Part shown: one piece after another, positions 49,266 to 59,553 of the stretch
How positions within the stretch are numbered: position 1 is the stretch's first letter
Layout: the number at the start of each line of letters is the position of its first letter
Source of the DNA: Geopsychrobacteraceae bacterium
GTDB taxonomy: Bacteria > Desulfobacterota > Desulfuromonadia > Desulfuromonadales > Geopsychrobacteraceae
Assembly: GCA_963662315.1 (NCBI GenBank)
Contig: OY759353.1
Coordinates: 2,176,001 to 2,240,000, forward strand
Length of the DNA: 64,000 nucleotides
Reading direction: 5' to 3'
The notes under the pieces: generated by a model
Told to the model about the DNA's origin: nothing
The model's database searches: none
Seen by the model: only the letters and a program-made list of their open reading frames with translations
Translations under genes and position numbers: made by a program

Positions 49266-50597
49266 TTACTTGTCACCCAAAACCACAGCAACAGCTTCAG
49301 AGAAAGCATTCATCCCTTGAGCCAACTGTTCGTCAGTCATCACTGTCGGCGGCAAGAAGCGGATAACATTACCAAAAATACCCGCATTCATGCACAGGAC
49401 ACCGCGTTTAAAACATTCCTGAATAATCGCCGTAACTGCGTCTTTATAAGGTTCCTTTGTCTGCGGATCCTTAACCAGTTCGATAGCCACCATGGCACCC
49501 AGGCCACGAATATCTCCAATCTGTGGGAAATGTTGCTGCAATTGCCCCATGGTCGCCTTGATTGTGGCTCCGATTTTCTCAGCACGATCCGGCAGGTTTT
49601 CTTGCTCCATCAATTCGATGGTCGCCAACGCCGCGGCACATGCTACCGGATTACCACCATAGGTTCCGCCAATACGACCTCCACCCGGGGCATCCATTAT
49701 TTCAGCTTTGCCAACTACCGCAGACAGCGGCATTCCGGAACCGATCCCCTTGGCCATGGTCATCAGGTCCGGCTCTAGATCGAAATGCTCACAGGCAAAC
49801 ATTTTTCCGGTCCGGGCAAAACCGGACTGCACTTCGTCTGCGATGAGCAGGATGCCGTATTTTTCGCAGATTTGTTTCAACCCGGGCAGAAAGCCCTGAG
49901 GCGGAACGATAAAACCGCCCTCCCCCTGAACCGGTTCAATAATAATAGCGGCTATGCTTTCAGGAGCAACTTCAGAGACGAAAAAGCGCTCAAAATAATC
50001 GAGATGCGCCTGGCAGGTATCTTCCGCCGCGACATGCAACTGGCTGCGATACGCGTTGGGGTATGGAACCTTGTAGGTTTCGGGCGCAAAGGGGCCGAAT
50101 TCATGTTTGTAAGGTTTGACTTTACTGGTCAGACTCATGGTCATCAGGGTCCGGCCATGAAAGGCACCTTCAAAAGAAATGATACCCTGGCGCTTGGTAT
50201 AGGCTTTGGCAATCTTGACCGCGTTTTCAACGGCTTCGGCACCACTGTTGACGAACATGGCCTTTTTAGGAGAAGAACCAGGAGCTATCTGACACAGTTT
50301 TTCAGCCAGGTTGATGTAAGATTCGTACATCCCGACCATAAAACATGAGTGCAGCAGCTTATCGGCCTGCTCTTTAATGCTGGCGACTACAGTTTCCGGA
50401 CAATGCCCGGCATTGACAACCCCAATGCCGGCATAAAAATCCAGGTAGCGGTTGCCGTTCAGGTCCTTGACCTCCGCTCCTTTAGCAGAATCGATAATCA
50501 TCGGGTAAAGAGCGGAAATGCCATTTGCAACGTACTGCTCCTTCTTCTGGATCAGTGCCTGGGTTTTATCTGCTGCGGTAGCGGCTTTTTGAAGCAT
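49266..50597 (-). CDS. gabT: 4-aminobutyrate (or 5-aminovalerate) aminotransferase
   Basis: NSGAEAVENAVKIA, FHGRT, EPVQGEGGF, DEVQSGF, MAKG and GGTYGGNP motifs. Confidence 0.9.
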   Translation of the reverse strand: MLQKAATAADKTQALIQKKEQYVANGISALYPMIIDSAKGAEVKDLNGNRYLDFYAGIGVVNAGHCPETVVASIKEQADKLLHSCFMVGMYESYINLAEKLCQIAPGSSPKKAMFVNSGAEAVENAVKIAKAYTKRQGIISFEGAFHGRTLMTMSLTSKVKPYKHEFGPFAPETYKVPYPNAYRSQLHVAAEDTCQAHLDYFERFFVSEVAPESIAAIIIEPVQGEGGFIVPPQGFLPGLKQICEKYGILLIADEVQSGFARTGKMFACEHFDLEPDLMTMAKGIGSGMPLSAVVGKAEIMDAPGGGRIGGTYGGNPVACAAALATIELMEQENLPDRAEKIGATIKATMGQLQQHFPQIGDIRGLGAMVAIELVKDPQTKEPYKDAVTAIIQECFKRGVLCMNAGIFGNVIRFLPPTVMTDEQLAQGMNAFSEAVAVVLGDK

Positions 50598-50656
50598 GTT
50601 GTGGACTCCTTATGGAAAATGGAAATATTTATAAGCTCCGGCGCAAATCTTTGGCT

Positions 50657-51979
50657 TTAACCGAAAACCAGATTCGGCAACCAGGTAATTATTTCAGGAA
50701 AGATCATGCACAGAATAAGCACCGTCAAGTTGACCATGACAAACGGAACAACCGCCTTGTAAATGGTTCCCATCCCAACGGTTGGCGGAGCGATCCCTTT
50801 CAGATAAAACAGGGCAAACCCGTAGGGGGGTGTCTGTACGGCAATCAGAATGTTAAGAATCATCAGCACCCCGAACCAGATCGGGTCATACCCCAGGGAA
50901 ACAGCAACCGGAGTGAATAACGGCGAACACATCAGAACAATAATGAACTCATCGATAATGAAACCAAGTAGCAGCATAATCAGCTGGAACATCATGATGA
51001 TCATGATCGGTGGCAGATCGAGGCTGCCGGTAAAATCAGCCACCATCGACTGAACCCCCATCAGCAGGTGAAAATTGCTGAACACGGAAGCGCCCAGAAT
51101 GATCCACATGGCAACACTGACCAACATTGAGGTCTGCAGGCCAACGGAGAGAAACATTTTGACCTTGAAGCGTTTGAAAATAATCGAAAGAAGTACGGCG
51201 CCGACAATACCGATAGCGCCCGACTCTGTCGGTGTCGCAATACCTGAGATAATGCTGCCGAGCACGGCAACGATCAGGAACATGGCGAGAAATCCGTCAC
51301 GGGTGATCTTGATCTTTTCTATCAGCGGGCGCTTCAGATTGGCCGCATCAGAAGCAGTAATCGGTGCTTTAGACGGGTCGAGCTTGCAGCTGACCACGAT
51401 ATAGGCAATCAACAGCACAACGGTCAACAGGGCCGGCATCAATGCACCAACAAACATCTTGCCGATGGAGTTGTGGGTTGAGGCGGCAAACATGATCATC
51501 GGAATACTGGGCGGAATCAGAATCCCCAGCGCACCGCCGGCCATAATGACGCCAAGGGCCATTTTTTGATTGTAACCACGGTCGATCATCGGTCCCAGAG
51601 CAATACTCCCCGAAGTCATGATCCCGGCCCCGATAATGCCGACCATCGCTCCGATCATGGAGCAAACAATAATGACACTGACCGCCAGCGAGCCACGGAT
51701 TTTACCGATGACCATCTGGCTGGCATCAAACATGGCATCGCCAATCCCGGAGCGGGTAAAGAATTGCCCCATGAAAATATACAGAGGGATCGCCAGCAGA
51801 ATAAAGCTGAAGTAGGTCGACTCAATGGTGGTCGGAATAACGTTAAAAACCGCATCCCCCCAGGTGAAATAGCCGACGCCCATGGCAATACCGCCAAGCG
51901 CCAGTCCGACCGGGGCTCCAAGAATAAAAAAGATGGCGATGCCAAGCAGCAGAACACCGGTAAGAGCTTCAATCCCCAT
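50657..51979 (-). CDS. TRAP transporter large permease (DctM)
   Basis: LLAIPLYIFMG, GALGILIPPSI, ATPTES, DPIWFG and TPPYG motifs. Confidence 0.92.
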   Translation of the reverse strand: MGIEALTGVLLLGIAIFFILGAPVGLALGGIAMGVGYFTWGDAVFNVIPTTIESTYFSFILLAIPLYIFMGQFFTRSGIGDAMFDASQMVIGKIRGSLAVSVIIVCSMIGAMVGIIGAGIMTSGSIALGPMIDRGYNQKMALGVIMAGGALGILIPPSIPMIMFAASTHNSIGKMFVGALMPALLTVVLLIAYIVVSCKLDPSKAPITASDAANLKRPLIEKIKITRDGFLAMFLIVAVLGSIISGIATPTESGAIGIVGAVLLSIIFKRFKVKMFLSVGLQTSMLVSVAMWIILGASVFSNFHLLMGVQSMVADFTGSLDLPPIMIIMMFQLIMLLLGFIIDEFIIVLMCSPLFTPVAVSLGYDPIWFGVLMILNILIAVQTPPYGFALFYLKGIAPPTVGMGTIYKAVVPFVMVNLTVLILCMIFPEIITWLPNLVFG

Positions 51980-51981
51980 GG

Positions 51982-52518
51982 CTATTTGCCCCCTTTCATT
52001 AATTCGTGCCCGGTGACCAGGTAATAAATGTCAGCAACCATGTCCTTACCCAACTGCAGAACAAACAGAACGCTGGCAATGATGGTCATGATCCAAAAAT
52101 GAAACATCAGCGGAGCCCACTCGCTCTGTCGCCGGATGTCAAATTTCAGCGCATCCTGAAGCTTGTCAATGCTGATATAAATCATCAAGCCCAGGAAAAT
52201 GATGGCGAGGGAGAAGGAGATCAGGTCGAAAACACGCCGCACTCTGGGCGACATTTTCTGATAGACAATATCCACGGTAATATGGGCGCGCTTTTGATGG
52301 GCATAGGCACCACCTAAGGAGGCAACATAACCAAACAGAAACAACGACAGGTCAAAGGCCCAGACCGTCGGGTGGTTAAGAAAATAGCGCGAAAAAACCT
52401 CAAAGGCGACGATCCCGGCCAAAATCGGCATCAGGCCACCTGCGGCATAACCACCCATGCGAACAATAAATTCGATGATTTGACACGTTCCGCGCAATAC
52501 TGAAATAAACATGGTCAC
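51982..52518 (-). CDS. TRAP transporter small permease (DctQ)
   Basis: EVFSRYFLNHPTVW and HITVD motifs. Confidence 0.9.
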   Translation of the reverse strand: MTMFISVLRGTCQIIEFIVRMGGYAAGGLMPILAGIVAFEVFSRYFLNHPTVWAFDLSLFLFGYVASLGGAYAHQKRAHITVDIVYQKMSPRVRRVFDLISFSLAIIFLGLMIYISIDKLQDALKFDIRRQSEWAPLMFHFWIMTIIASVLFVLQLGKDMVADIYYLVTGHELMKGGK

Positions 52519-52583
52519 TACCTATTCAAATGGAGCGCTGAGCCGGTACCGAAGCCCAGCTCAGCAAAAACTACCTAAAAAAT

Positions 52584-53591
52584 TTATTTCTTGAGAATTT
52601 CAATCAGACGCTTGCTGTAAGAATCTTTCGCGGCATATTCATCCCAAAGAGTTTCGCCAGCTTTTTCCCAGGCCAGCTTGTCGCTCTCACTTGGTGTAGG
52701 ACTCCACTTCAATCCTTTCTTCTCCATTTCGGCGACAGCCTCCGCTTCCCACTGACGTGATTTTTCCAGCTGAGCCTTTGCATGACGGCGGGTCGCTTCC
52801 CAAACGGCTTCCTGCAGATCGGCAGGCAGCTTGTCCCAGGCACTTTGATTGACAACAACGGACAACACCTGAGCACCGGCCAGAGGAAGCTTGTACATAT
52901 ACTTGGCAACCTCAACGTGGTTACCGTCACGGTGGTCAATCATGTTACTGCCGATGGAACCGTCGATAACACCTGTTGCCAGGCTGGTGTAGATTTCACT
53001 CCAGGCCAGGGATACAGGGGACGCACCCAGGTTACGCAGAAACTTTCCGTAGGCCCCCGGGGCTCTGATCTTAAGTCCTTTAAAGTCTTCGATGGAGTTG
53101 ATCGGATTTTTGGTCAGGATATAGACGGGTGGTTGAATGTAGGGTTCAAGCCATTTCAGGCCATAAGCTCCGTAAGCCTCGGTAAGAATCTTGTCCCACC
53201 CCTGCTCATGAAACAGCGCGTGCAGCTTTTTCGGATCGTTGGTTCCGCCGGGCAGGCCAATCTCGACAATACCGGCAGGTAACTCACCAGCATGCATCGA
53301 CTGGAAAGGAGCGGCCATGGTCAGCAAGCCGGATTTGGTTGCGCTTAACAGACCTGACGTCCCGACCCCTTCGCCAGAGAAGAGAACCTGAACCTTGATC
53401 CGGCCATTGGACAATTCCTGAATATCGTTTGCCAACCCTTGATAAAGCTCGCCAAAAGCAGTCCCCCGGCCATACAGGTTACCGAAGCGCCAGTTAAACT
53501 CTGCAGCAGCTGCAGTGGTTGCCGCCAGCATGACCAGCATGGCAACGACAATAAATAATCTGGTTGTGACTTTGTTGAACACCTTGGACAT
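52584..53591 (-). CDS. TRAP substrate-binding protein (DctP)
   Basis: Signal peptide, SNGRIKV, DFKGLKIR and EIYTSLATGVIDG motifs. Start moved to ATG 53591, which has an RBS. Confidence 0.9.
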   Translation of the reverse strand: MSKVFNKVTTRLFIVVAMLVMLAATTAAAAEFNWRFGNLYGRGTAFGELYQGLANDIQELSNGRIKVQVLFSGEGVGTSGLLSATKSGLLTMAAPFQSMHAGELPAGIVEIGLPGGTNDPKKLHALFHEQGWDKILTEAYGAYGLKWLEPYIQPPVYILTKNPINSIEDFKGLKIRAPGAYGKFLRNLGASPVSLAWSEIYTSLATGVIDGSIGSNMIDHRDGNHVEVAKYMYKLPLAGAQVLSVVVNQSAWDKLPADLQEAVWEATRRHAKAQLEKSRQWEAEAVAEMEKKGLKWSPTPSESDKLAWEKAGETLWDEYAAKDSYSKRLIEILKK

Positions 53592-53850
53592 GTTTGTTCT
53601 CCTCTTGATCTGTTTAAGATTAGAGCCCTCAAAACAGCATTGCCGGTGATAGATCCAGACCAGCACCGTTTGAGGGCAGTGAATTAGAAACAGAGAATGA
53701 CCATATGGAAGAGCGTGACAGAGCTGGCGACGCTGGCAAAAGATCTGCGGGTTTAGCGGATGTGGCGAAAGCTCCAAAGGTCATTACAGGCACAGGATCA
53801 GAAACGTCGTTGTCTCTAGAAGTGTCCGTTTCTTGTCTGGAAGAACAATA

Positions 53851-53866
53851 GGCAAGGAACATTCCA
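53851..53866 (-). promoter_or_regulatory. sigma54 promoter of the TRAP-gabTD operon
   Basis: TGGAATG-TTCC-TTGCC on the minus strand. Confidence 0.65.
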
Positions 53867-53939
53867 AAACAGAGAAATATTTTATTTCAACAAGTTAGAA
53901 GAACAGCAAAGAAAAACGTGAAATAAAAGGGGGGCAGAG

Positions 53940-53991
53940 GTCAACCATTCACGGTCAACCAGAGATGACGCGTCAACCATGGTTGACGCGT
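53940..53991. promoter_or_regulatory. Upstream activator sites
   Basis: Three gtcaacc half-sites and a perfect 24-bp palindrome acgcgtcaaccatggttgacgcgt (53968-53991), about 100 bp upstream of the sigma54 box. Confidence 0.65.
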
Positions 53992-54007
53992 TCACAAAGG
54001 CAAAAGT

Positions 54008-55429
54008 TCACTCAGGTGTAAAGCGTTTTTTCAAACGCTTATTAAGCGCCTGTTTTGAAATCCCCAGCAGCTTTGCCGCCTGGCTCTGGTTATCTCCTGA
54101 ACGCATTAACGCCTGGTCGATAGCGTACTCGGCCAGTTCTTCAAGCGTCGGAAAATGTCCAAACAGGGCATCAAAAGAGTTGGCGCCCACGCTCACGCCA
54201 CTCGCTACGGGTAAAGCGGCACCGGACAAACGCTGGGCAATGACCTCTTCTGGAATGTCATCCCCCTGACAACGCGCCACAGCATCAAAAACATAGGTTT
54301 TCAGTTCGCGGATATTCCCTTCGAACGGATGCTTCAATAGCAGGCGTAACGCTCCCGGGCTTAAGCGCGGCACAGCTTTCCCAAGCGTTTGAGCCGATTC
54401 CTTAAGGAGATGATCAATCAACAGGGGCAAATCCTCACGCCGCTCACGCAATGGCGGCACTTTCATCAGGTGGGTACTGAGTCGATAGTAGAGATCGCGC
54501 CGAAAGCCGTCGTCCTGACTAGCCAGGACGGATAAATCGAGATTGGTTGCGGTTACGACCCGCGCCCGGTTGATTTTAGGCTGATCGGAACCCAGGGGAT
54601 AGTAAATCCCTTCCTGCAAAACCCGTAATAATTTAACCTGCGAAGCCTCTTTCAGATCGCCAATTTCATCCAGAAAGATGGTTCCTCCGGCAGCTTTTTC
54701 CAGTAGCCCCGGTCGCTCCCCTACAGCCCCGGTATAGGCCCCTTTGACGTGGCCGAAAAGAGTGTCGGAGAACATGGTGTCATCCAGTCCGGAAACATCC
54801 ACCGCCACATAATCCCCGTCCAGCTTACTGACATCATGTACGGCTCTGGCCAACAACTCCTTGCCGGTTCCGGTTTCGCCGAGAATCAGTACCGGTTGGG
54901 TGCTGGGAGCAATATTCTCGATATACTGAAACAGTGAGTACATCGCCGGATTACGCGTAACAATGTGCTGAAAGGCGTTGTGCCCCTGAATGGATCCGGT
55001 CGCAAAGCCGACCCCTTTTAGTGACATGACTTCGGTGCGCAGGTCAGCAATCTCCATGGCGGTGCGTAACGCGGAACCGAAGCTGTCCATGCTGATCGGT
55101 TTGACCAGATAGTCATGGGCTCCCAACTTAAGGCAGCGGATGGCGGTTTCGATTTCCGAATTGGCGGTACAGATGATCACCGGCACCTGGGGCCAGTGCT
55201 GCTTCAGTTCGCGCAGCACCTCCTCCCCCGACTTCAGCGGCATATTCAGATCAAGAAAGACAACCGGTGCCGCAACCTTCTGCATATACCCGAGAACCTT
55301 GGTGCTGTCCTGCAGGGCATGAATCTTCCTGATCCCCATGGAGCGTAGTAAAAACCCGTAAGCATCAAGCTCTGATTGTTCATCATCAATCAGAATGATA
55401 TCGGGATCGCGGTTCCCCAGATCAAGCAT
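54008..55429 (-). CDS. NtrC-family sigma54 response regulator
   Basis: Receiver domain (IDDE, LDLNMP), GETGTGKE, GAYTGA, GNIREL and Fis HTH. Confidence 0.92.
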   Translation of the reverse strand: MLDLGNRDPDIILIDDEQSELDAYGFLLRSMGIRKIHALQDSTKVLGYMQKVAAPVVFLDLNMPLKSGEEVLRELKQHWPQVPVIICTANSEIETAIRCLKLGAHDYLVKPISMDSFGSALRTAMEIADLRTEVMSLKGVGFATGSIQGHNAFQHIVTRNPAMYSLFQYIENIAPSTQPVLILGETGTGKELLARAVHDVSKLDGDYVAVDVSGLDDTMFSDTLFGHVKGAYTGAVGERPGLLEKAAGGTIFLDEIGDLKEASQVKLLRVLQEGIYYPLGSDQPKINRARVVTATNLDLSVLASQDDGFRRDLYYRLSTHLMKVPPLRERREDLPLLIDHLLKESAQTLGKAVPRLSPGALRLLLKHPFEGNIRELKTYVFDAVARCQGDDIPEEVIAQRLSGAALPVASGVSVGANSFDALFGHFPTLEELAEYAIDQALMRSGDNQSQAAKLLGISKQALNKRLKKRFTPE

Positions 55430-57560
55430 GTGCCACCTCGTGAGAAATAAAGCGGGGTAAATGAATCGTCATCACGGTACCGGTTTCCGAACTTTGCACC
55501 GCAATACGGCCGTTCATTTCCTGTTCTATCATCATTTTCGACATATACAACCCGATTCCGGTCCCGGACTGGGTCCCCTTGGTCGTGAAATAAGGGGAAA
55601 AAATGTGCCCCAGGTGTTGTTTTGAAATACCACAACCATTATCCCTGACATGCAGGACAATCTTGTCCTGCTCAACAGTTAAGGCAACAACAATGTCCCC
55701 CTTCTGCAGTTGATTATCGTAACTGAAACGATCTTCTATGGCCTCCTTGGCATTGTTCAACAGATTCATCATGACATGAACAAACTCACTCTGATAGCCA
55801 TTGGTCACCAGCTCCGTTGCCGGAGCGTCAACCCGTACCCCAATATCATGAATAGACATTTTCAGACGTGGCGCCAACAGCTTGATGGCATGATTGACCG
55901 CCTCCAGCACATTAAAGGGTTGCTTACTCTTTGACGGCTTGAAAAAGTTGCGAAAATCGTCAATGGTTTTCGACATGAATTGCACCTGGGCATTAGCATT
56001 TTTGACCAGGGTTTCAACAAACAGCTTGTCAATAGTCCGGTTGATATAGGCGGCCTGCAGACTGGCAATGTAAGTCGACAGAATGTTCAACGGTTGGCGC
56101 CATTGATGGGCGATGGCCCCCAGCATTTCCCCCATGGCCGCCATCTTCTGATTCTGCAGCAGCTGACGCTCGGCAAAAACCCGCTTGGAGATATCGCGGA
56201 TGCTGGTCAATACCAATTCCTCTTTGTGCAGACGTAACGTCTTCAGGCTGACTTCCGCAGGGAACTCGGTCCCATCAAGACGCCGGAACGTCCATTCGTA
56301 ATACTGCTGCTGTCCGGCGACAGCCTGGTCCAGAATCGTCCTGGCGGTCTCTTCACTCTTGCCACCCCCCGGTTGAATATCCGGAAACAGGTCGAGTTCA
56401 TTACGCCCGATCAAGCTGTAACGATCACCGCCAAACAGATCCGATGCCTTGTCATTGCACTCGATGATGGTCATCTCCTTACTCACCAGAATCGCATCGT
56501 TGGCCACGTTGAAGAGCGTCTTGTAACGCGTTTCCACCTCGCGTCGCTTACTGATATTCCAGCGCAGATCGGCGTGGATCCCGGAAATCTGGTCGACATG
56601 TTCCTGAATGGCTGATTCGTAGCGCTTGTTGGAAATAAACAGCAGAACACCACTGCCTCCAACGCCGAGTAAGGTCAGAATCGCCAGGCCGCCCAGTACC
56701 TTCAGAAGAATCTCGGCCGCAAAGAGCAGCGTCGTTTTACGCAGCTGCCCGTAGGCCTCATCGACCGGGATGGTTGTGCACAGGTACCAATCAGTGTTGC
56801 TGATCTGCTTGTAGGCAAGCAAATTGTCGCGATCATTTGCCGAGTAATGGATCGTCCCTTCCCGCTGCATGGCAAAGGTCGCAGCGATATCAAGCAGATC
56901 TGGCTCAATTTCCTGTAAAGAGGTTTTCATGACGTAATCCTGATTGGGGTGAATCAGGATGGTGCCGTCCTTTGAGGCGACAAACAGGTAACCGGTCTCC
57001 CCGATCTTGGTCGCCAGCAACGTTTTCACCAGTGAGTCAAGGATGGTGTCGGCAGACAGGACACCGACAAACTGCCCCTGATGATAAAGCGGGGTAACCA
57101 GAGCGATAACAAACTCCAGGGTTACCATATCGACATAAGGAGTAGTAAAACTGGTCTTTCCCGCCCGCACCGCCTCAATGTACCAGGGGCGTACCCTGGT
57201 ATCATAGCCGTTCGGGGGAGCCCATCCGGCACCATCAATAATTGACCCATTGGCAAGACCAATATAAACATCGCTGAAGTGACCGGCCCGCATCGCCATG
57301 CGCAGCGGATCAAGGGTTCTGTCGTTAAGCCCCAGTTGCCCATAGGGGATCGAGTCAGCCGCCGCATCAAGAATCCGCATCTGCTGATCCAGCCATATTT
57401 CCGTCGCGTCGACCCGGTTATTCACCCGTACCAGCTGATGATCGGCAATCACCCGTTCAACAACAACGCTGGTACTCCGGTAGGTAATCGCGACTCCGGT
57501 AAGCAGCAGCAGAGAAAGAATCCCCATCCACAGCATTATTTTTTTGGTTTTGTTCGCCAT
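55422..57560 (-). CDS. Sensor histidine kinase with dCache and PAS domains
   Basis: TM-dCache-TM, PAS, AHQWRQPL H-box, NAKEA, DNGCGI and GTGIGL motifs. Confidence 0.9.
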   Translation of the reverse strand: MANKTKKIMLWMGILSLLLLTGVAITYRSTSVVVERVIADHQLVRVNNRVDATEIWLDQQMRILDAAADSIPYGQLGLNDRTLDPLRMAMRAGHFSDVYIGLANGSIIDGAGWAPPNGYDTRVRPWYIEAVRAGKTSFTTPYVDMVTLEFVIALVTPLYHQGQFVGVLSADTILDSLVKTLLATKIGETGYLFVASKDGTILIHPNQDYVMKTSLQEIEPDLLDIAATFAMQREGTIHYSANDRDNLLAYKQISNTDWYLCTTIPVDEAYGQLRKTTLLFAAEILLKVLGGLAILTLLGVGGSGVLLFISNKRYESAIQEHVDQISGIHADLRWNISKRREVETRYKTLFNVANDAILVSKEMTIIECNDKASDLFGGDRYSLIGRNELDLFPDIQPGGGKSEETARTILDQAVAGQQQYYEWTFRRLDGTEFPAEVSLKTLRLHKEELVLTSIRDISKRVFAERQLLQNQKMAAMGEMLGAIAHQWRQPLNILSTYIASLQAAYINRTIDKLFVETLVKNANAQVQFMSKTIDDFRNFFKPSKSKQPFNVLEAVNHAIKLLAPRLKMSIHDIGVRVDAPATELVTNGYQSEFVHVMMNLLNNAKEAIEDRFSYDNQLQKGDIVVALTVEQDKIVLHVRDNGCGISKQHLGHIFSPYFTTKGTQSGTGIGLYMSKMMIEQEMNGRIAVQSSETGTVMTIHLPRFISHEVAHA

Positions 57561-57677
57561 AAAACCTGTTCTTTCAATAAAGGAAAACCCGCACCCAAGC
57601 CACCTGACTGAAGGCGCTGTAAGGTCTATGCTTCTGCTGTAATCGCCATGCAAGAAGAATAGATCCCTAACCTCTTG

Positions 57678-57693
57678 AGCAAAATCAGTGCCG
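57678..57693 (-). promoter_or_regulatory. sigma54 promoter upstream of the kinase
   Basis: CGGCACT-GATT-TTGCT on the minus strand. Confidence 0.55.
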
Positions 57694-57827
57694 GTTTTGT
57701 CGTGCCGCAGTTAAAACCTAATAGGCATGAGGTGGAAGAGAGGCACCAGTGACTTCAGAACAGCAAGAAACTGGCTTTGCACTGAGTACAAATGGGAATA
57801 GAACTGATAAGTTTTCGGATCAGATAA

Positions 57828-59501
57828 TTATAGACTTATCCCGAAACGGCGCACCCGACTCGCATTCAGGCGACTTTCCCGACCGATATGTTTGAGAGCA
57901 GCGATAGCCTTGTCTGAAATCAATTCCTGGTATTCCGTCGCCCCGCCTTGTCTGCTGAATTTTAAACACAGATCGATATAGCGAGATAATAAAGGTTCCC
58001 GCAGGCGTTTGAACAGATCAACAAATTCCGCGACTGCTGCATGCGACAGCAGGATTTCCTCCTGATCGTGGTCACCCTGGCTGGACAGGATTTTTTCACA
58101 CAGCCCCTCCAGAGAATGATGTTCACGAATAGCATTAAAGGTCTTCTGAAACTTGGCAATAACCTCATGGTCTTTAATCGTGCTGTGAAGAGCCCTTCCG
58201 TCCAGGTTGAACAGGGCGACTTCGCTACGACGCTTGTCAATGTAAAGATCAATAATTCGGGTTGCCAGTGTATCGCGCCCCAGGTAACGCAGCAGCCGCA
58301 CAGCCCCGTCAAGATTAGCGGGAGAAATATATTTTGCCCCGTTTTTAAAGCTGTCGGACAGATTATCAATCACTTCCTGAGCGTTATCATCAAAAGACTC
58401 ATTAAATTTATCCCAGGCTGCCTGGAAAGAAGCTTGTGACCGCCCCTGATGAATTTTGTCCGCATAAAGATCGGCATCAGCCAGCAGCTTCTGTTCCTCA
58501 AGAAAACCATTTTCAACCAGCCGGGCAATCTGCGTATCAAATTCATCAAAGGTATAGTTGTCGTAATGGCGCAGCAGAGAACACCAGGTCTGTTGCTGGA
58601 TTGACAAAATTTCGTCATCCAGTTCACCAAAAATGGTACTGCGCCCCAGCACAAAGTTAAAATCGGGCACATCATGCGACTGACTGTAATAACACCAGGT
58701 CAGCAAGGTCACAGTCCGCATGGCGCGGTCAAGAACCGGCTCATCGTAGTCTTTTAGCAGCAGGACCAGGCTCGCAGCCAGCTTTTCAATTTTTTTCAGG
58801 ATACGGATATTACTGATCTTCAGCTTCATGATATAGCCGCTCAGTAAATGACTCAGACGGCCGTTGGTCAGAGCAATCCCGATACATTCATCAGCAGTCG
58901 GCGCAAACAGCAATTCGGTATCGATAACCTTTTCACGCAATTTGATATAATCGACGGAGGCCTCTTCCGCCAGGCTTTCGTCATTAAGGATCAGGACAAT
59001 TTTACACTTTTTCTGTTCTTTGAGCAGACTGATCAGCCCCAGAATATCCTGGGCGGCAATCCCCTGCCCTTTGCGTTCAAAATCATCAATACAGATGATG
59101 GTCTTTTCCAGCGACAGAAACAGAAGGGTATCAAAAATACTGTGATAAGGTTCGAAACTGCGGCTTCCCTGGGCAAGAGGGAACGATTTTCTACTGAATT
59201 GACCGATCAGTTCAGCCGTATTGCTTCTAAAACTTTCCAGCGTCGGTTTACGCCCAATAAATTGATTCTCAACAATATTTTCAAAGATGGCGAATTTCAG
59301 GTCATTGAGGGAATTGATCCCAAACAAGGAGACATAGGAATATTTCCCCAGGGCGATCTCGTTCTTGTTCTTGGCAAAATTCAGGTACTTATTCCAGGCG
59401 TAGGTTTTTCCGACCCCCCAATCTCCTTTAATTGACATCACTTCCGGGGTTTCGCTGCTCAGAAACTTTTCGATCTGCTGTTGAACAATCTCAACTGCCA
59501 T
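57828..59501 (-). CDS. KAP-family P-loop NTPase
   Basis: GDWGVGKT, YVSLFG, ICIDDFER and REKVID motifs. Confidence 0.8.
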   Translation of the reverse strand: MAVEIVQQQIEKFLSSETPEVMSIKGDWGVGKTYAWNKYLNFAKNKNEIALGKYSYVSLFGINSLNDLKFAIFENIVENQFIGRKPTLESFRSNTAELIGQFSRKSFPLAQGSRSFEPYHSIFDTLLFLSLEKTIICIDDFERKGQGIAAQDILGLISLLKEQKKCKIVLILNDESLAEEASVDYIKLREKVIDTELLFAPTADECIGIALTNGRLSHLLSGYIMKLKISNIRILKKIEKLAASLVLLLKDYDEPVLDRAMRTVTLLTWCYYSQSHDVPDFNFVLGRSTIFGELDDEILSIQQQTWCSLLRHYDNYTFDEFDTQIARLVENGFLEEQKLLADADLYADKIHQGRSQASFQAAWDKFNESFDDNAQEVIDNLSDSFKNGAKYISPANLDGAVRLLRYLGRDTLATRIIDLYIDKRRSEVALFNLDGRALHSTIKDHEVIAKFQKTFNAIREHHSLEGLCEKILSSQGDHDQEEILLSHAAVAEFVDLFKRLREPLLSRYIDLCLKFSRQGGATEYQELISDKAIAALKHIGRESRLNASRVRRFGISL

Positions 59502-59553
59502 GGTGACCCTCGTGACGTTGCCGCCGGATGTTTCCGAATGGCAACAAAGAAGA

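Noticed and set aside
41074..50348. Long opposite-strand ORFs (e.g. 41074-41898, 43822-44661, 48068-48838, 49785-50348)
   Set aside because: They are antisense shadows of well-supported genes and show no recognisable motifs.
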